DNA of 64,000 bases. Source: Escherichia coli (lineage in GTDB: Bacteria > Pseudomonadota > Gammaproteobacteria > Enterobacterales > Enterobacteriaceae). The position numbers were made by a program, and so were the translations under genes. Within the stretch, counting starts at the first letter, position 1, and every line of letters starts with the position of its first letter. Shown here piece after piece: positions 48,205 through 57,959 of this stretch. The notes below the pieces were generated by a model. That model saw only the letters and a program-made list of their open reading frames with translations. It was not told where the DNA came from and did no database searches. The stretch lies in the NCBI RefSeq assembly GCF_041886205.1, contig NZ_CP169029.1. One strand, given 5' to 3'.

Positions 48205-48556
48205 GTTCCGTACACTCCAGCAGCAGAAAGCGCCGCGCCCCGTTCAGATCACGCTGACGTTTCACCCGGTACACACTGTCATCACAGACCACCTCATAAT
48301 CAGCAGTGATCCCCCGGCGGTAGCGAATGGTGATGTAATGGGTGATGGCGTCTCCGATCTGCGCGGTTTCCTGCCAGGTGGTGGCACTGGTCTGGATAAC
48401 CTTCGCCCATGCCCGGAACGCAACCGGGTATTGAGGCTCCACGCCAAAGTTATCCGCGGGCATATCCACCCGCTGGCGGATCAGGACGCGTTTATTCAGC
48501 TCGCCTGGGTCAGGCAGAATGTAGGTTGCGCTGGTCTGCGCCTGACGAATTTTCAT
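48146..48556 (-). CDS. Head-tail adaptor / head closure protein
   Basis: 136 aa; position after connector gene. Confidence 0.45.
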   Translation of the reverse strand: MKIRQAQTSATYILPDPGELNKRVLIRQRVDMPADNFGVEPQYPVAFRAWAKVIQTSATTWQETAQIGDAITHYITIRYRRGITADYEVVCDDSVYRVKRQRDLNGARRFLLLECTELGAEEQMGGRSGADSIFTR

Positions 48557-48921
48557 AGTGGTATAAGGCGATAAGGAGCAACCAACCAGTTAAAGCTCAT
48601 TGGCAACTCCATTTTCTCAACGTCTGTAACCGTTGAGCGGTTTTCGTAGAAATGGCTGACAAGTAGCAGGAGCGCCAGCTTCACATCATCAGATATCACA
48701 AGCCCATCAGGATCATCCGCAGGCCTGTCATCTGCGGTTGCATACAACGTACGGTTAAGGAAGTTTTCCGTCCGACTCTGAGCGGCCTTCCCAAGTAGTT
48801 CAAGCAACTCATCTTCATCAGAGAAATCATCATCCAGACGAAGCTGAAGCTTAATCTCTTCCATTTTTAACAGCATAAAACCTCCTGTGCCCGCCAGAAC
48901 GCGGGCACAAAAAAACCGCAT
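48553..48921 (-). CDS. Head-tail connector (gp6-like) protein
   Basis: About 105-122 aa acidic protein just downstream of major capsid gene. Confidence 0.5.
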   Translation of the reverse strand: MRFFCARVLAGTGGFMLLKMEEIKLQLRLDDDFSDEDELLELLGKAAQSRTENFLNRTLYATADDRPADDPDGLVISDDVKLALLLLVSHFYENRSTVTDVEKMELPMSFNWLVAPYRLIPL

Positions 48922-48954
48922 TACGCGGCGTGCTGTATTACGTAAAAAGACTAA

Positions 48955-50184
48955 TCAACCACCAACGCTACCTTTCCCCACCAGCGCTTTAATGGCAGAG
49001 GTGTCTTCCAGGATACAGTCAAAACGATGGAAGGCCAGAAAACCGGTCTGATCATATTCCGCGTAACGCTCAACCAGACGTTTAAGAATCATGTATCGCA
49101 CACGACGGATAATGAAGCGATCAAAGTCACCACAGAACATGAATTTTTTACCCGCCCCGATATCATCAATTTCCTGATCAATGACATACGGTACATTCAA
49201 CACTGAAGCAGGGGCCACACCAACAATATCCGGCAACCATAAAGGGCGTCCCTGACCGTCTTCCATCTCACTGATCAGTTTCAGCGTATTATCGTTAAAC
49301 GCCAGGCGGAATTTCGGTCCGCGACGATATGCAGGATCAATGCTGTGTTTCAGAGCCAGAATTTCCTGCCACTTCACAGCATTTGCCGCGGCAGTCTGTG
49401 TTGTGCCGGTCACTGATGCTGCCAGCCCTTTGGGTTGTTTAGGCGTACCAGCACCCGTCCCCTGAATCAGATAACGGGCTTCACCACGACCAATACGTTC
49501 AGCAATGCGACGGGCAAGATAAGCTTCCATATCGATCGCGCTGTCCTGCAGCAACTCATTAGACACACGAATTATTTTCGATGTCATTTTGAGCGCCCCA
49601 AGGCTTCCCATACCGAAATCGGTGTCTTCTTCACCGGCTTCTTCATTTTCGCCCAGCAGAACACCAACTTCGGAAGTACCATCAGCTGTTGCCCACTCCA
49701 TAGTGCGACCGTCAGAAGTGGTAAGAATCTGCGCCACACTGGCGATGCCACCGTAGGATTTCATCTTCTCAACAACTTTCGCCAGGAATGTTTCTGGTAC
49801 GGTATATCCACCCTTTTCATCCTGAGCTACGCCCTGGGCACGAAGTTCACGCAACGCCTTTCGTTCTTCTGATGTCAGCTCACTGGCACCGTGACGCATC
49901 CACTTATCAAAAACCTGAGCTCGTTTCTCATCCTGTTGTGGATTGTTTTCCGGATCAAGATTCTGACGCTGCTCTTCCTCATTGCTTTCAATGTACGCCT
50001 GATCCTGACGACGTAGTTCTTCTTCGCGAGCAATTCGTTCATCAAGCGCTTCCAGTTCGGATTTTGCTTTGTTCCACTCAGTGCGCTGCTCTTCCGTCCA
50101 TGCGTTATCACCAATTTTTTCATTCAGGGCGCGCATGTCAGTTGCGATAGTATTACGTTTCTGTTTCAGTTCATGCAGTTTCAT
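48955..50184 (-). CDS. Major capsid protein, HK97 fold, with N-terminal coiled-coil delta domain
   Basis: 409 aa; N-terminal ~100 aa coiled coil then capsid core; preceded by prohead protease. Confidence 0.8.
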   Translation of the reverse strand: MKLHELKQKRNTIATDMRALNEKIGDNAWTEEQRTEWNKAKSELEALDERIAREEELRRQDQAYIESNEEEQRQNLDPENNPQQDEKRAQVFDKWMRHGASELTSEERKALRELRAQGVAQDEKGGYTVPETFLAKVVEKMKSYGGIASVAQILTTSDGRTMEWATADGTSEVGVLLGENEEAGEEDTDFGMGSLGALKMTSKIIRVSNELLQDSAIDMEAYLARRIAERIGRGEARYLIQGTGAGTPKQPKGLAASVTGTTQTAAANAVKWQEILALKHSIDPAYRRGPKFRLAFNDNTLKLISEMEDGQGRPLWLPDIVGVAPASVLNVPYVIDQEIDDIGAGKKFMFCGDFDRFIIRRVRYMILKRLVERYAEYDQTGFLAFHRFDCILEDTSAIKALVGKGSVGG

Positions 50185-50194
50185 GATGTTTCCT

Positions 50195-50812
50195 TTACGC
50201 GTTAAGAAGGGTCAGGACGCGTTCACGCGCCATACGTTGATTAATGGCTTTCTGTAGCGCGCCGCTGTTGCGCGCCTCCTGCCATGCTTTCATGGAGCGA
50301 ACAGCCGAGTCAGCCTCCTGATAGGCAGGATATGTCACAGGACTGACATCCAGCAGACGGGAAAAGCGGGTTATCTCGCGAATAACAACCCCGTCCTCAT
50401 CCTGATACCACTCCTCGCCGTCACGGGCGACACGGAAAGCAAAAGATGACTGGTTAATATCTCCACGTTGCATCGGGGCCAGCACCAGATCACGAATGGT
50501 CTGTGTCTCCGGAGCCTGGATGTCATAGCGCAATCCGCGCTCATCAACTGAAAGATTCAGCGTGCCTGCTGCACTACGCCCAAGAATAAAATTAGGATCG
50601 TGGTTAAACAGTGCGCGTACATCATCACCAAGCACATCGTCAAAAGCGCCGGGCCGGATGATTTCGCGGAATGAACCGAATATCAGCTCAGAACGACAGT
50701 CAAACACCGATCCATAACCGATAATGTGCGCCGGGTTATCGTCATGCCGCTCAGCACGCACCTCACCGCTGTAACAACGGATTTCACGGTCATTCATTGG
50801 TTTTTCCCTCAT
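50195..50812 (-). CDS. HK97-family prohead protease
   Basis: 205 aa; ...AHIIGYGSVFDCRSELIFGSFREIIRPGAFDD...; between portal and capsid. Confidence 0.75.
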   Translation of the reverse strand: MREKPMNDREIRCYSGEVRAERHDDNPAHIIGYGSVFDCRSELIFGSFREIIRPGAFDDVLGDDVRALFNHDPNFILGRSAAGTLNLSVDERGLRYDIQAPETQTIRDLVLAPMQRGDINQSSFAFRVARDGEEWYQDEDGVVIREITRFSRLLDVSPVTYPAYQEADSAVRSMKAWQEARNSGALQKAINQRMARERVLTLLNA

Positions 50813-52064
50813 CGTTTTTTGGGGGCTTAAAATCTCCTGCCGGGTTAGCAGCGTTCACGCTTACCAGCATCTCATCCAGCCCTTCAACCGGATTCATATC
50901 CTCGAATGCGCGGGCCTCATTACGGCTCATCCATCCATCGGTAATAGCGAAGTGATAGAATTGCGCGCGCTCCTGCGGAGTTCCGCGTAAAAGCCCCGTC
51001 AGATTGAACCTGACGTAATACCCGGCGGCTAACTCAGCGCGGGTAAACAAGCGACGGTTAAGCTCCTGCTCCCAGTTCGTCACCCACGGCATCATCGTGT
51101 AGCGGACAAACTGAATCGCCTGCGCAGAAATATTGGAGAAGGTGGCTTTTTCGAGGTCATTAATCATGTGCGCAGGAATATTGAAAATACCGGCAATCAT
51201 TGAACGGTTCAGTTTCATCATGTCAATGATCTGAGCGTCAACTGGCGACACAGTCAGTGCCTTGTAATCCAGATCGGCTGGCAGCAGCATGGTTTTGTTT
51301 TCCTGGCGGCGTAACGCCTGCGATGCCTTCTGCCACTGATCTTTAAGCCAGCCCCAGCTTTCCTTATTGAGTCCGCTTTTAACGGATACTATCCCCGCCG
51401 GACGGGCATTACCGCTGAAGAAGCTTTCTGTGTACTTCTGACCGCTCATCCCCATGCCTATTGTTTCGGCATGTTGCATAATCGGACTCAGCCCCATCTT
51501 CTGATTATTACCCAGCGCACGGATGTGGATCATATCGTCCGGACTGATCGCAAACGCCCCATATTCGTTGTACAAACCGTAGGTATATCGGCCACCAGTA
51601 TTCATCAGCGTCGTTTCCCACGGCATACAGCAATCCAGGGATATGACTTCACCGCGACGATTACGTTTCACCCAGGTATACCCATTCCCCCAGCCAAGGA
51701 TGTGACGTTGCTTCAGTTCGCGCCATTTGTAGCTGGTTTGCCAGGTATTGGGCTCATCATGAACCAGATAAAACGCCGGATGATCGCGTGCGGGTTCAAC
51801 CTTCCCCTTGTGCCTGCGCATAACATGCAACGGCATCTGGGCAAGGCTGGAAGACAGGACATAGATACAGGAATACACCGCAGCCAGTTTCATCGCAGTC
51901 TCAGGACTGACATAAACGTCTGCCCGGAACAGCCCATCAGTATCAACGGCATCACCGGTTATCGGGGTGGAAGGATTCTCCAGTGATTTACTTCTGAACA
52001 GAGCATCAAGCAGCACGCGTCCCCCTTCTGGCCATAGCCAGTGCGCCCACCAGCAGTAAAGCAC
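50790..52064 (-). CDS. Portal protein (HK97 family)
   Basis: 424 aa; between terminase and protease. Confidence 0.75.
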   Translation of the reverse strand: MLYCWWAHWLWPEGGRVLLDALFRSKSLENPSTPITGDAVDTDGLFRADVYVSPETAMKLAAVYSCIYVLSSSLAQMPLHVMRRHKGKVEPARDHPAFYLVHDEPNTWQTSYKWRELKQRHILGWGNGYTWVKRNRRGEVISLDCCMPWETTLMNTGGRYTYGLYNEYGAFAISPDDMIHIRALGNNQKMGLSPIMQHAETIGMGMSGQKYTESFFSGNARPAGIVSVKSGLNKESWGWLKDQWQKASQALRRQENKTMLLPADLDYKALTVSPVDAQIIDMMKLNRSMIAGIFNIPAHMINDLEKATFSNISAQAIQFVRYTMMPWVTNWEQELNRRLFTRAELAAGYYVRFNLTGLLRGTPQERAQFYHFAITDGWMSRNEARAFEDMNPVEGLDEMLVSVNAANPAGDFKPPKNDEGKTNE

Positions 52065-52163
52065 CGGACAAAATCAGAGCCGGAGCCATACCAAACTGCA
52101 GGTAAACCCCGCACGTAAGCAGGCCAAAACCAGCCAGCCCGATAACATCAGCAATTAGTGATT

Positions 52164-53897
52164 TCATAGAATTAAGAGATCATCGTCCGGATCAAGAGAT
52201 GAGAGGAAATCGTCAGGTTCTTTGAGCATTGCCCGACCGATCGTCATAATCAGTGCAACCGCACCATCGATTTTGTTTTCCGCCTGCTCCTTGACGGGCT
52301 TCACTAAATCATCGTTACCTGGCATGTTTTTGCCGACCACATTACCGATACACCAGGTCATGATGGGATTGCCGTCATGATGAAAGCGTCCCGATTCAAT
52401 CGCTGCTTCCAGCTCTTTCATCGGATCGGACATATTGGCGAAGTTCTGGACGATAGTGACGGGATTCAGATCTTCATCAGCAAGGTCATGTGACAGCCCG
52501 GTCGCCCCGAAGGGGTCGATGGGTGACTCACTGACCGGGCTGATTTTGTTCGCCGCTTTGGCCTCCTCGAGGATGTAGCGATAATCCACCTCTGCACCAT
52601 CGGTAACGGTCAGGACGCCCATTTCCACCCATTTCTGAAAGCGTTCGGCTGTCCGTCTATCTTCATTTTTCTCGACGCTGTACACCGTGTCATACGGTAC
52701 CCAGAAGCGCGGGGCCACACTGTAGTAATGCGTTTTACCGTCAATCTCGCGGGTATAAAGTCGCGCCATGCTGTTCATATCCAGCTTACGCGCCAGGTCA
52801 AAGGCCAGAATGCACGGCTGCCCCTCGAACTGCTCAAGGGTCAGTGATTTATCCTCGCAGCTCTGCCAGCTCACCAGGTTGAAATACGCCGAACGCGCCG
52901 ACACCCAGATATTGAGGTGTTTTGTTTTAAAGACGTTTGCCAGACGGGCGTTATTTTTCGCACGCTGCTGCTGACTTAACAAAAATTCGCGATAAACCGA
53001 CACGCCAATATTTGGATTGGCTTTTTCCAGCACCTGCGGGTCGGTCCAGTCGTCACCTTCATCAACGGTATAGATGATCCCGAACAGTTCATCGTTAGGC
53101 ACCGAGCCGTTGAGCATCTCGATGACTTCCCGCCGCTTGTCGTAGCACGGCCCCTCAATGTTGTACCCGGCGGTGGTGATGGCCCACATCAGTGGCTGAC
53201 GTCGCGCCCCCATCCCTGTAAGCATTGTGGTATAAAGCGCATCGGTGGCGTGCTCGTGATATTCATCAACCACGGCACAGTGGGGTGATGAACCATCACC
53301 GGGATTGCCGATCAGCGGTTCAAACCGCGCGCCATCCTCCGGACGGTTCATGTTTGAGGCGTTAACCTCAATCCCGAACGCTTCCGTCAGCATGGGTGTG
53401 CGTTTACACATCAGTCGCGCCGGGCGAAAGACTTCCCACGCCTGTTTCTCTGTCGTGGCACCGGAATACACTTCCGCGCCAAACTCGTTATCACAGGCAA
53501 AACAATACAGGGCAACACCGGCAGAGATTGCTGATTTGCCGTTCTTACGGGGGATTTCGGTGTACACCTCCCGGAAGCGGCGCAACCGGGTGCCTTTATT
53601 GACCCAGCCAAACGCACAGCAGATCACAAATAGCTGCCACGGCTCCAGCGTGATGGGCATCCGTTTGAATGCCCACTCCCCCTTGGTGTGCGGCAACAGC
53701 TGAATAAATTTCGCAGCCCGTTCAGCCAGGTCCTTATCGAAGCGGTAACGAAACGACTTACTTTTTTCCGCCATCAGGTCATCAAGATGGCGCTGGCAGG
53801 CCTGAATCACAAACTGGCAGGCAACAATCTTTCCGCGCACGACATCCCGGGCATACTGATTGGCAGCATTTACGTTGGGGTAAGATTTCCGGCTCAT
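52164..53897 (-). CDS. Terminase large subunit
   Basis: 577 aa with N-terminal ATPase and C-terminal nuclease regions; coupled to small subunit. Confidence 0.85.
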   Translation of the reverse strand: MSRKSYPNVNAANQYARDVVRGKIVACQFVIQACQRHLDDLMAEKSKSFRYRFDKDLAERAAKFIQLLPHTKGEWAFKRMPITLEPWQLFVICCAFGWVNKGTRLRRFREVYTEIPRKNGKSAISAGVALYCFACDNEFGAEVYSGATTEKQAWEVFRPARLMCKRTPMLTEAFGIEVNASNMNRPEDGARFEPLIGNPGDGSSPHCAVVDEYHEHATDALYTTMLTGMGARRQPLMWAITTAGYNIEGPCYDKRREVIEMLNGSVPNDELFGIIYTVDEGDDWTDPQVLEKANPNIGVSVYREFLLSQQQRAKNNARLANVFKTKHLNIWVSARSAYFNLVSWQSCEDKSLTLEQFEGQPCILAFDLARKLDMNSMARLYTREIDGKTHYYSVAPRFWVPYDTVYSVEKNEDRRTAERFQKWVEMGVLTVTDGAEVDYRYILEEAKAANKISPVSESPIDPFGATGLSHDLADEDLNPVTIVQNFANMSDPMKELEAAIESGRFHHDGNPIMTWCIGNVVGKNMPGNDDLVKPVKEQAENKIDGAVALIMTIGRAMLKEPDDFLSSLDPDDDLLIL

Positions 53898-54397
53898 GAC
53901 TCGATGATTTTCAGAAACGGGTTAGTGGCTTTCTTCTGCCCCGCCAGGCCAATCAGACGCTGGCGGCTGCTGGGGTCGAGTCCGAGCATTGCCCCCGTGC
54001 TGCTCATCTCGGACTCCTGTTCTTTCTTGGCGGTCAGCTCCGGGTTTTTGACCCTGCCGCCCATTGCACCGGTAATGGTGTTGCCCTGGCTGGCAATATT
54101 TTTCACGGCACGTCGCCAGAACTCATAGGCCACGCACCACCGCTCAAGCACCGCGAGGTCAGTCACGCACAGCAGGCCCTGACCGCAGAGTTCTTTGGTT
54201 GTCAGTTGCCACATGATCGTGGCGAGAGGGAGATCTTCTTCAGCGAACCATTCCGGTGGCTCAACACCTTTGATGGGCGTAAAAACAGGTTCATCTTTAT
54301 TCAGGGCTCGCTTGCCGGGGTTTCCGGCCAGCGCCTTGCGCGCCGTTGGCTTGGGGCGACGCCCGGAACGCCCCGCCGTTCCAGCCATATGCGGCAC
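53894..54397 (-). CDS. Terminase small subunit (P27-like)
   Basis: 167-aa basic ORF directly upstream of and overlapping large subunit. Confidence 0.7.
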   Translation of the reverse strand: MPHMAGTAGRSGRRPKPTARKALAGNPGKRALNKDEPVFTPIKGVEPPEWFAEEDLPLATIMWQLTTKELCGQGLLCVTDLAVLERWCVAYEFWRRAVKNIASQGNTITGAMGGRVKNPELTAKKEQESEMSSTGAMLGLDPSSRQRLIGLAGQKKATNPFLKIIES

Positions 54398-54514
54398 TCC
54401 TGGTTAAATTTCATTTTTCGCGGGTATAAAAAAACGATGGGGCGGGCAGTCCGGAAGACGTCAGGTCACAGGGATTTGACCCGCCCCTCCCTCACAGACA
54501 GTTGAGAATTATTA

Positions 54515-54865
54515 TCACTTTAACCGTTCACGGGCCGTCTTCGCCTTATGGCAGGGCCAGCACAGACTCTGCAGATTACTGTCGGCATCAGTGCCGCCAT
54601 GCGCTTTAGGGATGATGTGGTCAACGGTTTTCGCCTCGCGCACCACACCAGCACGCAAACACAACTGACACAGGCCTTTGTCACGCTTCAGTACTCGCAC
54701 CCGGATACCGTCCCACTTCGAACCATAACCACGCTGATGGCGGGACTGGCCCGACTTGTATTGCTTCCAGCCCTCGCTTTTGTGGCTTTCGCAGTAGCCT
54801 GACGGGTCAGTCGTGGTATTGCGGCAGCCGCGAACACGGCAGGCTTTTGGGATTCGAGGAGGCAT
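54515..54865 (-). CDS. HNH endonuclease (packaging-associated)
   Basis: 116 aa with zinc-finger cysteines and HNH core (VDHIIPKAHGGTDADSNLQSLCWPCH); immediately upstream of terminase genes. Confidence 0.85.
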   Translation of the reverse strand: MPPRIPKACRVRGCRNTTTDPSGYCESHKSEGWKQYKSGQSRHQRGYGSKWDGIRVRVLKRDKGLCQLCLRAGVVREAKTVDHIIPKAHGGTDADSNLQSLCWPCHKAKTARERLK

Positions 54866-54891
54866 AAATATATTCCTGTTCTTTGTCCAGA

Positions 54892-55164
54892 CTATTTGCC
54901 TGCTGCCAGCAAAGCGTTACGGCGCATCTCGATACTTCGAATTCCCGCTTTGTCAATATTGCATTGTCCCAACGCTGACAACAGACTCACATTCAACTCC
55001 AGACTGGCACCATACGTCAGCGGATTGGGTATAAACGGTACAGGAGTATCAGAAGTCAGGCTGGCTGGCAGTGGTGCCACCGGAACGCTCACGTAAACCG
55101 TTCGCGAATTTCCGCAACCGGTCAGCAGCGGCAGCAGGCACAGGACGTGAAGCACAATCATCAT
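54892..55164 (-). CDS. Outer-membrane spanin lipoprotein (Rz1-like), embedded out of frame in Rz
   Basis: Frame starting MMIVLHVLCLLPLLTGC with lipobox LTGC; Pro-rich mature part; overlaps i-spanin gene. Confidence 0.6.
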   Translation of the reverse strand: MMIVLHVLCLLPLLTGCGNSRTVYVSVPVAPLPASLTSDTPVPFIPNPLTYGASLELNVSLLSALGQCNIDKAGIRSIEMRRNALLAAGK

Positions 55165-55441
55165 CCGCAACAGCCACTTTGATATCTTCCTGGGTTCTCT
55201 GTGACTCCAGTGCGATCTGCTGTTTTGCATGTTGATTCGCCTCCTGAATGATGTTCGTTATTGCCATAGTACGCAGAACATTCGCGGTGATAGCCTCAGT
55301 AGAATCAGCTCGCTGTTCCGCAGCGTCAGCACGCTTCTGTTCCTTCAGAAACTTTCCGTGGTAGTGATTAGCTGACCAGACAAGACCACCAGCAATACAA
55401 GCAATAAACGTTAAAATGAGCGCCCAATAACTCATCTTCAT
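55049..55441 (-). CDS. Inner-membrane spanin (Rz-like)
   Basis: 130 aa, N-terminal TM helix then coiled-coil periplasmic domain; follows endolysin. Confidence 0.7.
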   Translation of the reverse strand: MKMSYWALILTFIACIAGGLVWSANHYHGKFLKEQKRADAAEQRADSTEAITANVLRTMAITNIIQEANQHAKQQIALESQRTQEDIKVAVADDDCASRPVPAAAADRLRKFANGLRERSGGTTASQPDF

Positions 55442-56052
55442 ACCAGCAGCGCCGCCCGCGCCTTGTTGTATCGAACCTTACGATCCTCAATACCGTTCAG
55501 ACCGCCGTTAATGATGCGCGTAACACGATTAATATCAGCACCGTAGACCATGCAGCCTTTAGAGGTGTAGAACCATGCAGCTGAGCGCGCGGCCTGTAGC
55601 TCCTGCTCCAGTTGTTCAGGTGAGGTCACCAGATCTAACTTCAGCGCCGCGCCACAGATGCGATAATTATGAAGGCCAGTGATTTGAATTAATCCTCTAC
55701 CACGATATTTCCAGCCATCACCGGGTGCTTTGTTACCCAGTCGGTTGCTATACACCAGATTGGCAATAGCATCCTGACGAGCTGCATGTCCGGATGTTCT
55801 GCCAAGGGCATCAGCCTGCTGCTGTGTGATCCTCTTTCCGAACGTCGCCACCAGCGCAGATGGTGTGTAGTTAAAATTTTCAACTACGGCGCTAAACCCC
55901 ATCGACTCATGGCCTACCTGAGCGATAAACATTGCCTGATCCGCTGGTGCTGTAATGCCGAATTCCTTCATCGCCGCATCAATGTGCGGAAACCAGCGCG
56001 CAGCCAGCCCGGCGCTAATACCAGCCGCCTTTTGAAATAATTGTTGGTTCAT
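55438..56052 (-). CDS. Endolysin (GH19 chitinase-like lysozyme)
   Basis: 204 aa; motifs FIAQVGHESMGF and KYRGRGLIQITG; lysis cassette context. Confidence 0.75.
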   Translation of the reverse strand: MNQQLFQKAAGISAGLAARWFPHIDAAMKEFGITAPADQAMFIAQVGHESMGFSAVVENFNYTPSALVATFGKRITQQQADALGRTSGHAARQDAIANLVYSNRLGNKAPGDGWKYRGRGLIQITGLHNYRICGAALKLDLVTSPEQLEQELQAARSAAWFYTSKGCMVYGADINRVTRIINGGLNGIEDRKVRYNKARAALLV

Positions 56053-56333
56053 TAGTGCCTCAGATGATCAACCAGACGTGCAACGTTGCCTCTGACGGCC
56101 ACCAGCACGGAAAGAAAAATAGTGTTCGCCACGATAATGGGCCATGAGGAATGAGGATAAATCCCACAGAGATAGGCCAACGGAACAGCACTGTATGTAA
56201 CAGTAATCAGCCAGGCTAAACGTGAAACCCAAGGACGATGCCGCGAATCACCACGACGATAAAACATCAGAGTAATAACAACACAAGCACATAACAGCGC
56301 ATTTATAGTTGCTGTCGGGTCATTTAGCTCCAC
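56052..56333 (-). CDS. Small membrane protein (holin/antiholin candidate)
   Basis: 93 aa, 2-3 predicted TM helices, between holin-like gene and endolysin. Confidence 0.5.
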   Translation of the reverse strand: MELNDPTATINALLCACVVITLMFYRRGDSRHRPWVSRLAWLITVTYSAVPLAYLCGIYPHSSWPIIVANTIFLSVLVAVRGNVARLVDHLRH

Positions 56334-56706
56334 CTGAACCTCCCCGGCGCGTTATGAGCGCCACCAGCGAGCCGATATCCTGATTATTCAGGAACGTCAG
56401 GATCTTAACGGCTAAAGCAGAGACGATTACGGCACCAATAGCATCCAGAGGTTTATCACTGTATCCGGTCAAGTTCGCCAGCTTGGAGCCAACCAACCCA
56501 GAGCAAAGAATCCCGGCAATATATGACACGATAAAATATGCCAGTCGGCGCGATGCACTCAGATCTGCTGCTGTTGCTATGTAGAATACAGCCCCTGCAA
56601 ATGCGCCAAATACAACGCCGTAATCAGTTCCGGTCAGCAGTCCATAAACACTGGCACCCGTCAGGGCACCACCAGCCAGCCCAGTACCGGAAATCGGATC
56701 GGACAT
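56320..56706 (-). CDS. Holin-like membrane protein
   Basis: 128 aa Gly/Ala-rich with 3 hydrophobic helices; first gene of lysis cassette. Confidence 0.55.
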   Translation of the reverse strand: MSDPISGTGLAGGALTGASVYGLLTGTDYGVVFGAFAGAVFYIATAADLSASRRLAYFIVSYIAGILCSGLVGSKLANLTGYSDKPLDAIGAVIVSALAVKILTFLNNQDIGSLVALITRRGGSGGAK

Positions 56707-56785
56707 TTAGCCCCCTCTTAATTGCTGTTGGTCCTCTCAGATATGAGGGGAAGGGATCTTAATGACAGTCTGTTTATTATTTCAG

Positions 56786-57043
56786 TCAAATACTACCCTG
56801 TTGATGATTTCTCAGAAGCGAACTTGACTCCCAGGGGAAACTCAACTTTCCGTTAAAACCACCAGCAGACATTCGTTCAATTTCCACAGAAATATCACTG
56901 AGCCGTTCTTCAAGCTCTGCTTTTTCTTTTACCAGACGGTTATAGCGGCTTAGATGAAGCTTTTGCTGCTCCAGCCAGTCTTCAAGCTGTTCAACAGTCA
57001 TACCAGGGTTAAAAAAATATGGCTGCTGCTTTTCGCCCTGCAT
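56786..57043 (-). CDS. Hypothetical first late-operon protein
   Basis: ORF downstream of the late terminator; start placed at Met-24 (57043) because the terminator hairpin lies within the first 23 codons of the ORF-track frame. Confidence 0.35.
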   Translation of the reverse strand: MQGEKQQPYFFNPGMTVEQLEDWLEQQKLHLSRYNRLVKEKAELEERLSDISVEIERMSAGGFNGKLSFPWESSSLLRNHQQGSI

Positions 57044-57061
57044 TATTGACCTCCAGAAAAG

Positions 57062-57100
57062 CAAAAACCCCGCCGAAGCGAGGTTTGTTATGATTTCGTT
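57062..57100 (-). terminator. Intrinsic terminator downstream of Q (tR'-like)
   Basis: Reverse strand reads cctcgc-ttcg-gcgggg followed by tttttgcttttc; analogous to lambda tR' read through by Q. Confidence 0.6.
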
Positions 57101-57193
57101 AACGGCAGACATACAAAGCCCATCGTTAGGAGAATCCTAACCATATTTTTTGAAAAATGCAAGCATCATGTCGCCATCTTCGGCGAAAATCAT

Positions 57194-57946
57194 TTATCTT
57201 GTCACTTTTCTCAATTGTGTCTCTGCATATGCTTCTTCCTGCCAGCACTTTGTAACCAGTTTATCAATGACATCTGCATATCCTTTGTACCACTGATAAT
57301 CCGTCAGGTCTGGTACCAGCTTCTGGACATGATGCCGCGCCAGTGTGGTTGGTAAACGGCTAAACCGGTTTCCATTGCAACGCCCACAAATCTTATAAAC
57401 AGGCGTGCCATGAAGCCGGGTCCTTTTTTCATCCAGGACAATACCTTTACCCTTACACCCTCTGCACGCTGTGCTGACTTCTCCCTTACCATGACAATGC
57501 TGACATAGTTCCTTCACCCACTCTTCCTTGATAACAGATTCCCCGCTTCTGGAGTGTTTCACCACTTCGCGCAATACATTATGAAATCCAGTACCAGCAC
57601 AATGCTCACAGCGAGCCTTACTTGCCGCAGACCTGGAATAATCAGCAAAGGCAAAATTCACAAGGTAAGGAATAATCTGTAGCCGGGTTTCTTCACTCAA
57701 TTTATTCAATGTCGGGCTATCCAGTGCCATCGCGTAATTGAGCAGACCTTCAATCGCAAACTGAGGATCCTGAACACCAACTTTTGCCAGGAATAAGGCA
57801 AACCCAAGCGGTGCTTTCGACTGCACCATCCCCTGCGCAGCCATCACATCCGTAATTGTTAAACCACCAGAGCCTGTCGCCGGTGCGTCATCGCTCAATT
57901 TTGGAGATTTTGGGGAGTAATATTTCGGTAAGGCTTCAAGGTTCAT
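57194..57946 (-). CDS. Late-gene antiterminator Q-like protein
   Basis: 250 aa with zinc-finger cysteines (CEHCAGTG ... CQHCHGKG ... CRGCKGKG ... CGRCNG); upstream of lysis genes. Confidence 0.7.
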   Translation of the reverse strand: MNLEALPKYYSPKSPKLSDDAPATGSGGLTITDVMAAQGMVQSKAPLGFALFLAKVGVQDPQFAIEGLLNYAMALDSPTLNKLSEETRLQIIPYLVNFAFADYSRSAASKARCEHCAGTGFHNVLREVVKHSRSGESVIKEEWVKELCQHCHGKGEVSTACRGCKGKGIVLDEKRTRLHGTPVYKICGRCNGNRFSRLPTTLARHHVQKLVPDLTDYQWYKGYADVIDKLVTKCWQEEAYAETQLRKVTR

Positions 57947-57959
57947 GCTCGTTCTCCAC

